NCBI GenBank assembly: GCA_030390025.1
Contig: JASTWF010000034.1
Location: forward strand, 744,001 to 808,000
Direction: 5' to 3'
DNA from: Squalus acanthias
Taxonomy: Eukaryota
DNA: 64,000 bases
The notes under the pieces were generated by a model. The model worked only from the letters and a program-made list of their open reading frames with translations, was not told the DNA's origin and made no database searches. The position numbers and the translations under genes were made by a program. Positions 36,985 to 47,953 of this stretch are shown one piece after another (within the stretch, counting starts at the first letter, position 1; the number at the start of each line of letters is the position of its first letter).

Positions 36985-37753
36985 TGTAGGGTAGGGTGTA
37001 TTTGAATGATTTAGTAAACATTTTTGTCTAACTATAATCTGTGAATTTTTCTGTTAAAAGCCTTAAAGCCTGTATAAAATGGCGAATGGCTGAGAGAGAA
37101 GCAGGATGGGAAATTGTGCTAACCTGACTGAAACTCGCTCTGTTTGTAATTACTGAAGTAATGGAATGTAATGCTAAGTTGATGGAGACTATCAGGGAGG
37201 TGGTATTTAGTAATGTGATAGAAAAGAGATAAGAGTTGGAGAAGAGAGAGAGATAAGTGAAGCACCTCTCAGTGATAACTACTATAAAATGGACAAATTG
37301 TTTAGACAACATCTTGGGAAATAGTTTTTGGAAAGAGAATATCTAAAGTTAAAAGGGCCCTTTGATATGCACAAAGCGAGTCCGAGTGGGATCAACAAGG
37401 TCATAAAACATGTATTGGTGTCGGATAGCTGTTTGCAGTCACGCAGGATGAGGGAAAAAAGGTGAATAAAGATACGGATTTTGAACACTGAAGGCAGCGC
37501 GAACCAGCGGTGAAGGAGTTTCAGTCGAGAGAAAACAGCAAGAGAAGAAAGAGACCGCGCCACAGTCGCTCGGAAGGAACGCCGAGGCTCAAACGAACAA
37601 GACTGTGACTATCTCCTTGTTAAGTATTAACTTCTTTGTACTGGATGTTTAATGTTTAATAAACCTGGTTTACTGATACACAATGTACCTGTACCCAGAG
37701 TGGTTTGTGTAGTCACGGACAAATTATTATAAGAGCTTTTGGAAGCTATAATT

Positions 37754-37771
37754 TGGCGTCCAACGTGAGGC
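37754..37771 (+). promoter_or_regulatory. Retroviral primer-binding site, tRNA-Lys(CUU)/Lys1,2 type
   Basis: TGGCGTCCAACGTGAGGC versus canonical TGGCGCCCAACGTGGGGC (16/18), 3 nt after the LTR end. Confidence 0.85.
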
Positions 37772-37989
37772 TGTGACTATTAACTGAAACCAGGTCTATT
37801 GTGCATAAAGCAGCCGTTTGCATTTTCCCTTGGATTTTCTTCTGACCAACGAGGATCCTCGTGGAAAGTTAGGTTTTCTAACAGATAGTGTCTCTTTAAC
37901 GCACAAAAGAATGTCGAGTGAGTATTTTCTTGTAGATTATAAAGCGAAGTTTATTTAGAAGTGCGATGAGGCACAGTTACAAATGTTAG

Positions 37990-38565
37990 TAGAATGGGCC
38001 CTTGCAATCAGAATCAGGGAAATTTATAATGGGAAACAAAGAAATGGTGGACCAATTAAATACATACTTTGGTTCTGTCTTCACAAAGGAAGACACTAAT
38101 TTCCTCCCAGAGATGTCGAGGAACATAGGGTCTAATGAGAGGGAGGAACATAGAAACATAGAAACATAGAAGATAGGAGCAGGAGTAGGCCATTCGGCCC
38201 CTCGAGCCTGCTCCGCCATTCAATGCGATCATGGCTGATCATCCAAATTCAGAACCAGGGGTCACAGTCTAAGGATAAGGGGTAAGCCATTTCGGACTGA
38301 GATGAGGAGGAATTTCTTCACCCAGAGAGTGATGAACCTGTGGAATTCTCTTCCACAGAAGGCAGTAGAGGCCAATTCATTAAATATATTCAAGAAGGAG
38401 TTAGATATATTTCTTAAAGCTAAAGGGATCAAGGGATATGGGGAGAAGGCAGGGACAGGGTACTGAATTTGGATGATCAGCCATGATCGCATTAAATGGC
38501 GGAGCAGGCTCGAGGGGCTGAATGGCCTGCTCCTGCTCCTATCTTCTATGTTTCTATGTTTCTAT
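37990..38565 (+). mobile_element. Rearranged CR1 fragments inside the ERV, with an inverted duplicate of the 3' tail
   Basis: 38147-38252 is the reverse complement of 38463-38565 (both CR1 tails). Confidence 0.8.
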
Positions 38566-39459
38566 AAGGGGGATGTTCCAGTTTGGATCAGAAGTAATAC
38601 AAAAGATAGTATAACAACACCATATGGAGCCGGTTGTGGTAAATTACAAGAAAACGTGTATAATTGGGAAATAAAAAGAAGGATATGGTGTGTGTATCAG
38701 GTGCGGGATAAGGAACAGGAAAAGCTTAAATGTGTGGAAATTCCTGAAGAAAAAGAATGGAATCTGGGAACAGGTACAAGAATCAAATCAGGGACCAGTA
38801 GCTCCGGAAAGTAAGGGATATATACAATTATGCTGGCCTCGGTGGTGGAAGAAAATACCGGCCAATATTCTTGTATTGGGTCGAATATTGTCATGGGCTT
38901 TAAAAATCAGGATGATGATTGACCTCCTATTCCGAATATGATGCAAAGATTACCTCAGCAGGATATGAGATTCCCAGAGACGATATAGAGATCACCGCGG
39001 CAGAAAATAAACCCTTTATGATAACCTTGGGGAAACTATATGGATTTGGGAATAAAGATAACAGCATAACATAATTCAAAAATGGGATAACTGGATGTGT
39101 AAGAGAAGATGGGTATGTCTATAGTGTTAAGCTCACACCCTATGAGAAAGTAATATTAAGAACCACGAGGAACAATGTCCCCAACTAACACCGGGACATG
39201 GGAACGGTATTGAAATTAAACCCACTTATAAACCAGTGTTTCATCAAGTAATACAAGAAGTGGCCCCTGTTACCTAAATTTAACAGAACTAATACTACCA
39301 AAGTGGTGCCCTGACAAAACAGCACAACTAACTCAGAGAATGCTGCAGCAAGTTTTTAATCAGTACTGGGAAAATGCGACCTTATCTATAAGCATAGAGA
39401 AAACAGAACGGACCTTCCGACACGAGATTAGTACCAGTAAAGAGAGCAGCCAGGGATAG

Positions 39460-39692
39460 AGTAGACAGAAAGAGGATTGATAAGCGATGGACTCACAGGT
39501 TTCAAGACAGTAACATCGGTAATTAACTCAATGGACTCCGCAGATTTACAAATACAATTACAAACGGTGAGGGAAAAGTTGAAGGAGATACTTAGTAGGG
39601 AAAACAACATAGTAAGCGAGGTGCTAAGGGAGGATCAGGTAATGACCATACACCTGCGAGACATCATACATGAAATAGAGGATCATGCCATG
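39460..39692 (+). pseudogene. ERV env remnant (SU/TM junction and N-terminal heptad region)
   Basis: A one-base frameshift would restore a furin-like R-Q-K-R. It is followed by GLISDGLTGFKTVTSVINSMD and heptads LQIQLQTVREKLKEIL, just upstream of the 3' LTR remnant. Confidence 0.55.
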
Positions 39693-39744
39693 AGTGGTTT
39701 GAGAAGTCACGGAAAAATTATTATAAGAGCTTTTGGAAGCTACA

Positions 39745-40030
39745 CACCACAGGCCGGGAATGGAGTGTGAGTTCCCCCTTCTTTATGTATGGTTCAGTAC
39801 CACACCTATTGTGAACTGACACACCACAGGCCTTGAATGGAGACTGGGTAATTCCTTCCTTCTCTGTAATGGTTCAGTACCTCACCGACTGTGAACAACT
39901 GACACATCACAGGCCAGGAATGGAGCCTGAGCCCTTCCTTCGCTGTGTGTGGGCCATAGTACCTCTTTGACTGTGAACAACTGACATACCACAGCCCGGA
40001 AATCGAGCCTGTGCCCTCCCTTCTGTCAGA
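39745..40030. repeat. Degenerate ~80-90 bp tandem repeat (acaggcc.ggaatggag...cagtacc...ctgtgaac), about 4 units
   Basis: Motif recurs near 39748, 39826, 39908 and 39990. Confidence 0.7.
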
Positions 40031-42352
40031 CTGGAAGGCAGAGCAAATATGTAACTGCACAAGGGAGTATGGCAAGGCTGGATGGCATTTATTTTAATCC
40101 AAAGAGTCTTACAGTAAGGCAGATGAATTGAAGGTGTTGATGAACACATGGGAGTATGATATTGTTGCTATCACAGAGATATGGTTGAGGGAGGGGCAGG
40201 ACTGGCAGCTCAATATTCCGGGTTATAGAATCTTCAGGCGAGACAGAGGGGATTGTAAAAGATGAGGGGTGTCGCAATATTAATCAAGGAGACAATTACT
40301 GCTGTAAGGAGGGATGATATTTTCGCAGGTTTCTCTAATGAGGCCATTTGGGTAGACCTTAAAAACAAAAAGGGGGCAAGCACTTTGCTGGGAGGGTACT
40401 ATAGGCCCCCAAACACTCAGGGGGAGATAGAAGAACAGATATATAGCAAATTCTCAGAGAAGTGTAGAAATAATAGTAGGCGATTTCAACTTCCACAATA
40501 TTAACTGGGATAATTAGAGTGTGAAAGGCTTAGAGGGTGCGGAGTTCTTAAAAGGCATCCAGGAGTGATTTTTAAGCCAGCATATAAAAAGTCCTAAAAA
40601 GAGAGGGGGCGGTACTGGACCTAATTTTAGGGAATGTAACCGGGCAAGTGGTGGAAGTGTCAGTAGGGGAGCAGTTTGGTGACAGTGACTATAATTCGGT
40701 GAGATTTAAGGAAGTCTTGGAAAAGGACAAAAATGGACTGGAAATAAATGCTCTAAATTTGGGGAAGGCCGATTTTAACATTAAAGGCAGGATCTGGCCA
40801 AAGTGGACTAGGATCAGTTACTTTTAGGAAAGTCCACAACGGAGCACTGGGAGTCATTCAGAAAGGAAATAGAGATAGTACAACGGCAACATGTTCCGTA
40901 AAGGTCAAGGGTGGGACCAACAATTCCAGGGAACCATGGATGTCAAGAGATATACAAGAGTGGATTAGGGTAAAAATGCATGTTCTTGGCAGATTCTAAG
41001 GATTAAAAACATTGGAAGCCCTAGAGGAGTATAGAAAGTGCAGGGGGTACAAAAAAAGGAAATGAGGAGAGCGAAGAGGGGGCATGAAAAAACACTGGCT
41101 GGCAAAATAAAGGAAAATCCTGAGGTGTTTTGTAAGTATATTAAGGGCAAGAGGATAACCAGGGAAAGAGTAGGGCACATTAGGGACCAAAGTGGCAATC
41201 TGTGTGTAGAGCCGGAAGATGTAGGTGAGGTTTTAAATGAATATCTTGCATCTGTGTTCACTATGGAGAAGGATGATGTCGGCATAGAAATCAGGCAGGG
41301 GGATTGTGATATATTTGAACACCTTAGCATTGAGAGGGAGGCGGTGCTCGTGGTTTTAGCGGGCTTAAAAGTGGATAAATCCCCAGGCCCAGGCGAAATT
41401 TATTCCAGGCTGCTTTGTGAGGCAAGGGAGGAGATTGCAGGGGCTCTGACACAAATTTTCAGAACCTCTCTGGCCACAGGGGCGGTGCCAGAGGGCTGGA
41501 GGACAGCTAACGTAGCGCCATTGTTCAAGAAGGGTAGTAGGGATAAACCTGTGAATTACATGCCAGTGAGCCTAACATCAGTGGTAGGGAAATTATTGGA
41601 AAACATTCTGAGGGACAGAATTAGTCTCCACTTGGAGAGGCAAGGTTTAATCAAGGATAGTCAGCATGGTTTCTTCAGGGGGAGATCATGTCTAAACAAT
41701 TTGATTGAATTTTTCGAGGGGGTAACTAGGTGTGTGGATGAGGGTAGTGCAGTTGATGTCGTCCACATGGATTTCAGTAAGGCTTTTGCCAAAGTTCCGC
41801 ATGGGAAACTGGTAAAGAATGTAAGTGCCCATGGGATCCAGGGCAATTTGGCACATTAGATGCAAAATTGGCTTAGAGGCAGGAGGCAGAGCGTGAAGAT
41901 CGAACGTTGTTTTTGTGACTGGAAGCCAGTGTCCAATGGTGTACCGAAGGGGTCAGGTGCTAGGTCCCTTGCTGTTTGTAGTGTTCATTACTGATTTGGA
42001 TATGAATGTAGAAGGTATGATTAGTAAGTTCACAGATGACACGAAAATTGGTGGAGTGGTAAATAGCGAGGAGGGAAGCCTGAGGCTACAGGACGATATA
42101 GACGGGATGGTCAGCTGGGCAAAACAGTGGTAAATGGAATTTAACCCTGAAAAATGTGAGGTGATGCATTTTGGGAGGACTAACAAGGCAAGGGAATACA
42201 CAATGAATGGTAGGACCCTAGGAAGGACAGAGGATCAGTGGGACCTTCGTGTGCATATACATAGATCCCTGAAGGCAGTAGGACAGGTAAATAAGGTCGC
42301 TAAGAAGGCATATGGGATACTTGCCTTCATAAGCCGAGGCATAAAATATAAG
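40030..42352 (+). mobile_element. CR1 ORF2 fragment (APE + RT) cut off at its 3' side by the PLE
   Basis: YYRPPN, KSPGPGEIYSRLL, FTDDTK, FNPEKCEVMHFG. Stops abruptly at FISRGIKYK, where the PLE tail begins. Confidence 0.9.
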
Positions 42353-42443
42353 TCATGATGCGGAGATGCCGGTGTTGGACTGTGGTGGACAAAAATGAGA
42401 AGTCGCACAACACCAGGTTATAGTCCAACAGTTTTATTTGAAA

Positions 42444-42484
42444 TCACAAGCTTTCGGAGCTTACGTGGCCCCTTCCTCGGGTGA
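42444..42484 (-). ncRNA. PLE hammerhead motif with a core substitution (CCGAGGA instead of CUGAGGA), probably impaired
   Basis: Reverse complement reads UCAC-CCGAGGA-A-GGGGC(CACGUAA)GCUCC-GAAA-GC-UU-GUGA. Confidence 0.65.
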
Positions 42485-42795
42485 AGTAAAGAAATACAGA
42501 CTCGACAAAGCATATATAGATAGAGAACAATGCATGTGTAACTTACAATGGCAGACGACTACATTTAAATCATCCTGACTGTTTATCTGCCGAGCTGTGA
42601 CAAAAGGCAATCAGGTCAGCCAGGAAGGTACCACATCAAAGACATAGCAAGATACAATGAGACAATGAGGTGGAGTCACAGGGGGTCCAATGTGTCAAAA
42701 GCAGCAGTTGGTATGGGAAACGATAAACTTTAAAATTTTTACTTTTTTACTGGGAATCACATCTGTGAACAAGCCAACGACGACTCGAGTCTGCA

Positions 42796-45120
42796 TCACG
42801 TCATGTATCGTGACATAAACCCAAGATCCCGGTTGAGGCCATCCCCATGAGTGCGGAACTTGGCTATCAGTTTCTGCTCGATGATTTTGCGTTGTCGTGT
42901 GTTTCTAAGGCCGCCTTGGAGAACGCTTACCCGCAGATCCGAGGCTGAATGTCCTTGACTGCTGAAGTGTTCCCCGACTGGGAGGGAACACTCCTGCCTG
43001 GTGATTGTTGCGCGGTGTCCGTTCATACGTTGTCTCAGTGTCTGCATGGTCTCGCCGATGTACCATGCCGCGGTGCATTCTTTCCTGCAACGTATGAGGT
43101 AGACAACGTTGGCCGAGTCACATGAGTATGAACCATGTACCTGGTGGGTAGTGTCATCACGTGTGATGATGGTATCTGTGTTGATGATCTGGCATGTCTT
43201 GCAGAGGTTGCCGTGGCAGGGTTGTGTGGTGTCGTGGTCGCTGTTATCCTGAAAGCTGGGTAATTTGCTGCGAACGATGGTACTTCTGAGGTTAGGCGGC
43301 TGTTTGAAGGCAAGTAGTGGAGGCGTGGGGATGGCCTTAGCGAGGTGTTCGTCATCATCGATGACATGTTGGAGGCTGCGAAGAACATGGCGTAGTTTCT
43401 CTGCTCCTGGGAAGTACTGGACGACGTAGGGTACCCTGTTGGTTGTGTCCCGTGTTTGCCTTCTGAGGAGGTCTATGCGATTTTTCGCTGTGGCCCGTCG
43501 GAACTGTCGATCGATGAGTCGAGCGTCATATCCCATTCTTACGAGGGCATTTTTCAGCGCCCGTCGGTGTCCATCGCGTTCCTCCTCGTCTGAGCAGATC
43601 CTGTGTATTCGCAGGGCTTTTCCATTGGGGATGGCTTCTTTAACGTGGTTAGGGTGGAAGCTGGAGAAGTGGAGCATCGTGAGGTTGTCCGTGGGCTTGC
43701 GGTAGAGTGAAGTGCTGAGGTGTCCGTCTTTGATGGAGATTCGTGTGTCCAGGAATGAAACCGATTCTGAGGAGTAGTCCATGGTGAGTTTGATAGTGGG
43801 ATGGAACTTGTTTATGTTATCGTGTCGTCTTTTCAGTGATCCTTCGCCATGGGTCCAAAGGAAGAAAATGTCGTCGATGTATCTGGTGTACAGCGTTTGC
43901 TGGAGGTCCTGTGCAGCGAAGAAGTCTTGCTCGAACTTGTGCATGAAGATGTTGGCGTATTGGGGTGCGAATTTGGTCCCCATGGCTGTTCCGTGTGTTT
44001 GGGTAAAAAAATGGTTGTCGAAGGTGAAGACATTGTGGTCAAGGATGAAGCGGATGAGTTGTAGGATGGCGTCTGGAGATTGGCTGTTGTTGGTGTTGAG
44101 TACTGAGGCTCTCGCAGCGATGCCGTCATCGTGGGGGATACTGGTGTAGAGTGCCGATACGTCCATCGTGGCGAGGAGTGTTCCTGGTTCAACTGGTCCG
44201 TGGGTGCTGAGTTTCTGTAAGAAGTCTGTGGTGTCACGGCAGAAGCTGGGGGTTCCCTGTACGATGGGTTTCAGGATGCCCTCGACGTACCCAGAGAGGT
44301 TCTCACACAGGGTTCCGTTGCCTGATACGATAGGACGTCCGGGTGTGTTGGCTTTGTGTATCTTTGGGAGGCAGTAGAAGTCTCCCACGCGGGGAGTACG
44401 TGGGTTGAGAGAGCGTAGGAAGCTTTGAAGGTCTGGATCGAGGGTCTTGATCAGTCTATTGAGTTGGCGGGTGTGTTCTTTGCTAGGATCTGCGGGTAAC
44501 TGTCTGTAGTGTTCCAGGTTGTCCAGTTGTCGGTATGCTTCTTTGCAATAGTCCATTCTGTTCTGTATGACGATGGCTCCTCCTTTGTCCGCTGGTTTGA
44601 TGACGATGTTGCGGTTGGTCTTGAGAGCGTGGATGGCGTTGCGTTGTGCTCGGGTGACATTCTGGACTGTCTTGTGAGTGCGGCTGATGAATCTGGCGTT
44701 GATGCATCTCCTGACAGCTTGAGCATACATGTCAAGCTTGGGGCAGCGACCCTCCGGAGGGGTCCAATTTGACTCTTTTTCCTTCGGTTGCTGCACTGCG
44801 AGTCCCTCTGTCTGCTGTTCTGGATCATTGATTGTCTCATTGGGTTTGTTGCTGACATCTTGGGATTTGTGGAAGTATTCCCGGAGCCTCATTCTCCTGA
44901 CGAATTCCTCCGTGTCTGCCGCGAGACCGATGGGGTCCATTTTGGTGGTGGGGCAGAACTTGAGCCCTAGGGCGAGAACTTCGATTTCGTCTGGTTGAAG
45001 GGTGTGGTCGGACAAGTTGATGATGGACTTCCCTGTGGTTGCAACCGTGGTACCGGGGGAGGCTTGGTTGCTGCTGGTGGTGCTGCAGAGTTTCTCAAGC
45101 TTCCTGTTCTTGATGCGCAT
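42796..45120 (-). CDS. PLE reverse transcriptase / GIY-YIG endonuclease ORF (774 aa from the first in-frame ATG; frame stays open upstream to 45594)
   Basis: IKPADKGG, LPKIHK, GRPIVS, MDVSALYTSIP, GTAMGTKFAPQYAN, YIDD, FLD, YRKPT, Cys linker CHGNLCKTC, NVVYLIRC..WYIGET..RQRMNGHR. The track start at 45594 is GTG. Confidence 0.93.
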   Translation of the reverse strand: MRIKNRKLEKLCSTTSSNQASPGTTVATTGKSIINLSDHTLQPDEIEVLALGLKFCPTTKMDPIGLAADTEEFVRRMRLREYFHKSQDVSNKPNETINDPEQQTEGLAVQQPKEKESNWTPPEGRCPKLDMYAQAVRRCINARFISRTHKTVQNVTRAQRNAIHALKTNRNIVIKPADKGGAIVIQNRMDYCKEAYRQLDNLEHYRQLPADPSKEHTRQLNRLIKTLDPDLQSFLRSLNPRTPRVGDFYCLPKIHKANTPGRPIVSGNGTLCENLSGYVEGILKPIVQGTPSFCRDTTDFLQKLSTHGPVEPGTLLATMDVSALYTSIPHDDGIAARASVLNTNNSQSPDAILQLIRFILDHNVFTFDNHFFTQTHGTAMGTKFAPQYANIFMHKFEQDFFAAQDLQQTLYTRYIDDIFFLWTHGEGSLKRRHDNINKFHPTIKLTMDYSSESVSFLDTRISIKDGHLSTSLYRKPTDNLTMLHFSSFHPNHVKEAIPNGKALRIHRICSDEEERDGHRRALKNALVRMGYDARLIDRQFRRATAKNRIDLLRRQTRDTTNRVPYVVQYFPGAEKLRHVLRSLQHVIDDDEHLAKAIPTPPLLAFKQPPNLRSTIVRSKLPSFQDNSDHDTTQPCHGNLCKTCQIINTDTIITRDDTTHQVHGSYSCDSANVVYLIRCRKECTAAWYIGETMQTLRQRMNGHRATITRQECSLPVGEHFSSQGHSASDLRVSVLQGGLRNTRQRKIIEQKLIAKFRTHGDGLNRDLGFMSRYMT

Positions 45121-45643
45121 GCAGGCAGCATTGTTCCGTTGCCTCGTTTGTTTGGCGGTGTCTCGTAACTGGTCTGCTGTGTCCTGTAGATTGAAAAAAC
45201 ATATTCGTGTTATATAAATCGGATTGTAGCAGAGGAGCAGATGGGAGGTGCTGTTCAAACGGTAAGTTTGTAAGGGCGAACGGGGAAACGACGGCGAGAT
45301 GGTGTTTGCGAGAGTGACAGCAATGGTGAGCGCGTTTGACAGATTGCAAGAAATGGAAGAAACAAATATGTGAAAGTGGTGTACATCTGAATACGTGAGA
45401 CGCAGCAGGTGTGGAGACGAGTGAGTGAACGGTCTGAATTCAGTTGGTTGGGTGACGGTGTTTGCCTGCCGTGTTCGGTTCAGGCCAATTATGGAACCGA
45501 GGAAATTCTGCAAATCGTATCTGCCTGTCAATAACAACTGAAGGACAAAGGTGAAGAAGTGACATAATACTGAACAAAACAGGCACACCTGCACGATTTT
45601 CTGCTGCTGACGAAGCGACGAAATTTATGAATGCCGCAATATC

Positions 45644-45725
45644 TGGCAGCGGTGGGATTCGAACCCACGCCCCCGCAGAGACTGGAGCCTAAATCCAGCG
45701 CCTTAGACCGCTCGGCCACGCTACC
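45644..45725 (-). tRNA. tRNA-Leu(TAG), unit 1
   Basis: GGTAGCGTGGCCGAGCGGTCTAAGGCGCTGGATTTAGGCTCCAGTCTCTGCGGGGGCGTGGGTTCGAATCCCACCGCTGCCA; full cloverleaf with long variable arm. Confidence 0.95.
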
Positions 45726-46055
45726 ACATGAAGCAGCTTGGCTTCTGAAACTAGAAACTGTTGATTGAAATGTGGCTTGGTCTTGTAAAAACATTGGGGA
45801 AACAAAAGGAAATTGAATTCGAAAACGACAATCTCTTTTCTGATGCAACCCACTAGATCAGAAGAAGCTGCGTGTTCACAGGGCAACACGAATAAATAGA
45901 TGTTTGTTGGGCCACCGCCATTGTATATTTAATTCATAATTTATACCTGTTGTGTATTGCAAGCAGGACGTTGGTGCAAGTAATGTGTGATAAAATTATG
46001 ATGTGATTGTGGGTAGCAACACTGTTTTTATTGTTGTTGAAAATAACAATGCAAA

Positions 46056-46127
46056 TAGCAGAGATTGGTTTCGATCCATCGACCTCTGGGTTATGGGCCC
46101 AGCACGCTTCCGCTGCGCCACTCAGCA
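46056..46127 (-). pseudogene. tRNA-iMet(CAT) variant, probably defective, unit 1
   Basis: 5' end TGCTGAG instead of AGCAGAG (11-bp deletion); T-stem 3' strand CCAAT instead of CCATC. Confidence 0.8.
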
Positions 46128-47469
46128 ATTCGCTCGACGCAGGTTTTTAGGTTTCGATGTCCCACAGGGCGTTGTGTTAGCGAAATAAATTTCAGCATCC
46201 AGGATGTTTTGAAAGCGATAGCATGGCCCTCAAATAGCCCAGAGACCCGGACACCGCAACACCCGTGTTGGGAGGCCCAAATGGCTGCACAATGTCACAA
46301 GGACGCTCAGTATTACACCACCCACAATGGGACAGACACAGAATGAGACACAGAAAACCAGCAAGGGTATGTCAGGCCACACAAAGGGAAGGACAGAGAA
46401 AGACACTGAGGAAACTAGAGAGAGCGACACAAACAGACTGAATAAAATGAGGGACAGACAGAGACTGAGGGAAATACCGAGACGGCGAGAGAAACAGAGA
46501 GGGAGATCGACAAATAGGGAAACGGAGAGTGAGATGAAGACAGAGACCTGCATGAAGGTGCTTTCTGCTGTGTAAAGGTATTCCCTGTTGTGTAAAGGCC
46601 AACAGCACCATCTGGTGGTGGAGAAGCGGCGCTGCTGGAATGCGTTGAGAGTTGGGGAAGGCCCAGGCTGCAACAAGTTTGCAGCATTTGCAACTTATGT
46701 TGATGCGAACAAAGTGATTTTTAAGTTGTGTTGCAGCTTTTTGTGTTTATTGCAAGAAGGAAGTTGCTGGAAGTAAAGCCTAAAGTGTGATAAAAATACC
46801 TGCCGCATTGAGCCTGAAATTTACCACAATTATAAGTGGAGGGAACAATAGGGAATATTTGCCGTCCTAATCACAAGTTCTTCAGAATAATGGCATGAAC
46901 AACACATCTGACTCTCATCCTGAACACAGAGTCCAGCTCACCAAATCTTTATACAGAATGGATCTTCTCTTCCCGTTGTCTTAATGTAACTTTCAACGTC
47001 TGGATAGGTTAGATTGCAAAAACATATTCGTGTTATATAAATCGGATTGTAGCAGAGGAGCAGATGGGAGGTGCTGTTCAAACGGTAAGTTTGTAAGGGC
47101 GAACGGGGAAACGACGGCGAGATGGTGTTTGCGAGAGTGACAGCAATGGTGAGTGCGTTTGACAGATTGCAAGAAATGGAAGAAACAAATATGTGAAAGT
47201 GGTGTACATCTGAATACGTGAGACGCAGCAGGTGTGGAGACGAGTGAGTGAACGGTCGGAATCCAGTTGGTTGGGTGACAGTGTTTGCCGTGTTCGGTGC
47301 TGGGTTCAGGCCAATTATGGAACCGTGGAAATTCTGCAAATCGTGTCTGCCTGTCAATAACAGCTGAAGGACAAAGGTGAAGAAGTGACATAATACTGAA
47401 CAAAACAGGCACACCTGCACGATTTTCTGCTGCTGACGAAGCGACGAAATTTATGAATGCCGCAAAATC

Positions 47470-47551
47470 TGGCAGCGGTGGGATTCGAACCCACGCCCCC
47501 GCAGAGACTGGAGCCTAAATCCAGCGCCTTAGACCGCTCGGCCACGCTGCC
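47470..47551 (-). tRNA. tRNA-Leu(TAG), unit 2 (5' GGCAGCG variant)
   Basis: Intact cloverleaf. Confidence 0.93.
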
Positions 47552-47881
47552 ACATGAAGCAACTTGGCTTCTGAAACTAGAAACTGTTGATTGAAATGTG
47601 GCTTGGTCTTGTAAAAACATTGGGGAAACAAAAGGAAATTGAATTCGTGAACGACAATCTCTTTTCTGATGCAACCCACTAGATCAGAAGAAGCTGCGTG
47701 TTCACAGGGCAACACGAATAAATAGATGTTTGTTGGGCCACCGCCATTGTATATTTAATTCATAATTTATACCTGTTGTGTATTGCAAGCAGGACGTTGG
47801 TGCAAGTAAAGTGTGATAAAATTATGATGTGATTGTGGGTAGCAACACTGTTTTTATTGTTGTTGAAAATAACAATGCAAA

Positions 47882-47953
47882 TAGCAGAGATTGGTTTCGA
47901 TCCATCGACCTCTGGGTTATGGGCCCAGCACACTTCCGCTGCGCCACTCAGCA
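47882..47953 (-). pseudogene. tRNA-iMet(CAT) defective variant, unit 2
   Basis: 5' deletion, T-stem change and D-stem change (GTGT for GCGT). Confidence 0.8.

Larger units (their letters stand above)
36985..39744 (+). mobile_element. Internally deleted endogenous retrovirus (5' LTR, PBS, env remnant, partial 3' LTR)
   Basis: Starts TGTAG (36985) and ends CTACA (39744), flanked by CACC on both sides. The LTR end gtcacgga.aaattattataagagcttttggaagcta.a occurs at both ~37700-37750 and ~39693-39744. A PBS follows the first copy. Confidence 0.8.
42358..45186 (-). mobile_element. Penelope-like retroelement (EN+, probably Neptune-like) with intact 3' end, apparently 5'-truncated
   Basis: 3' pLTR and tail match 12050-12192; open RT + GIY-YIG frame; AATAAA near 42433-42438 on the minus strand. 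Confidence 0.95.

Noticed and set aside
45121..45594. The 932-aa ORF as the native PLE protein
   Set aside because: The first 136 codons are array spacer and the start is GTG. Treated as a junction feature, not the element's own N-terminus.
45607..45630. CTGACGA-AGCGAC-GAAA hammerhead-like core in every array unit (plus strand)
   Set aside because: No stem II pairing and no stem I partner after the putative cleavage site.
45187..47012. Array unit as a PLE pLTR or retrozyme repeat
   Set aside because: No visible similarity to the PLE 3' end (42358-42795) and no valid hammerhead in the unit.
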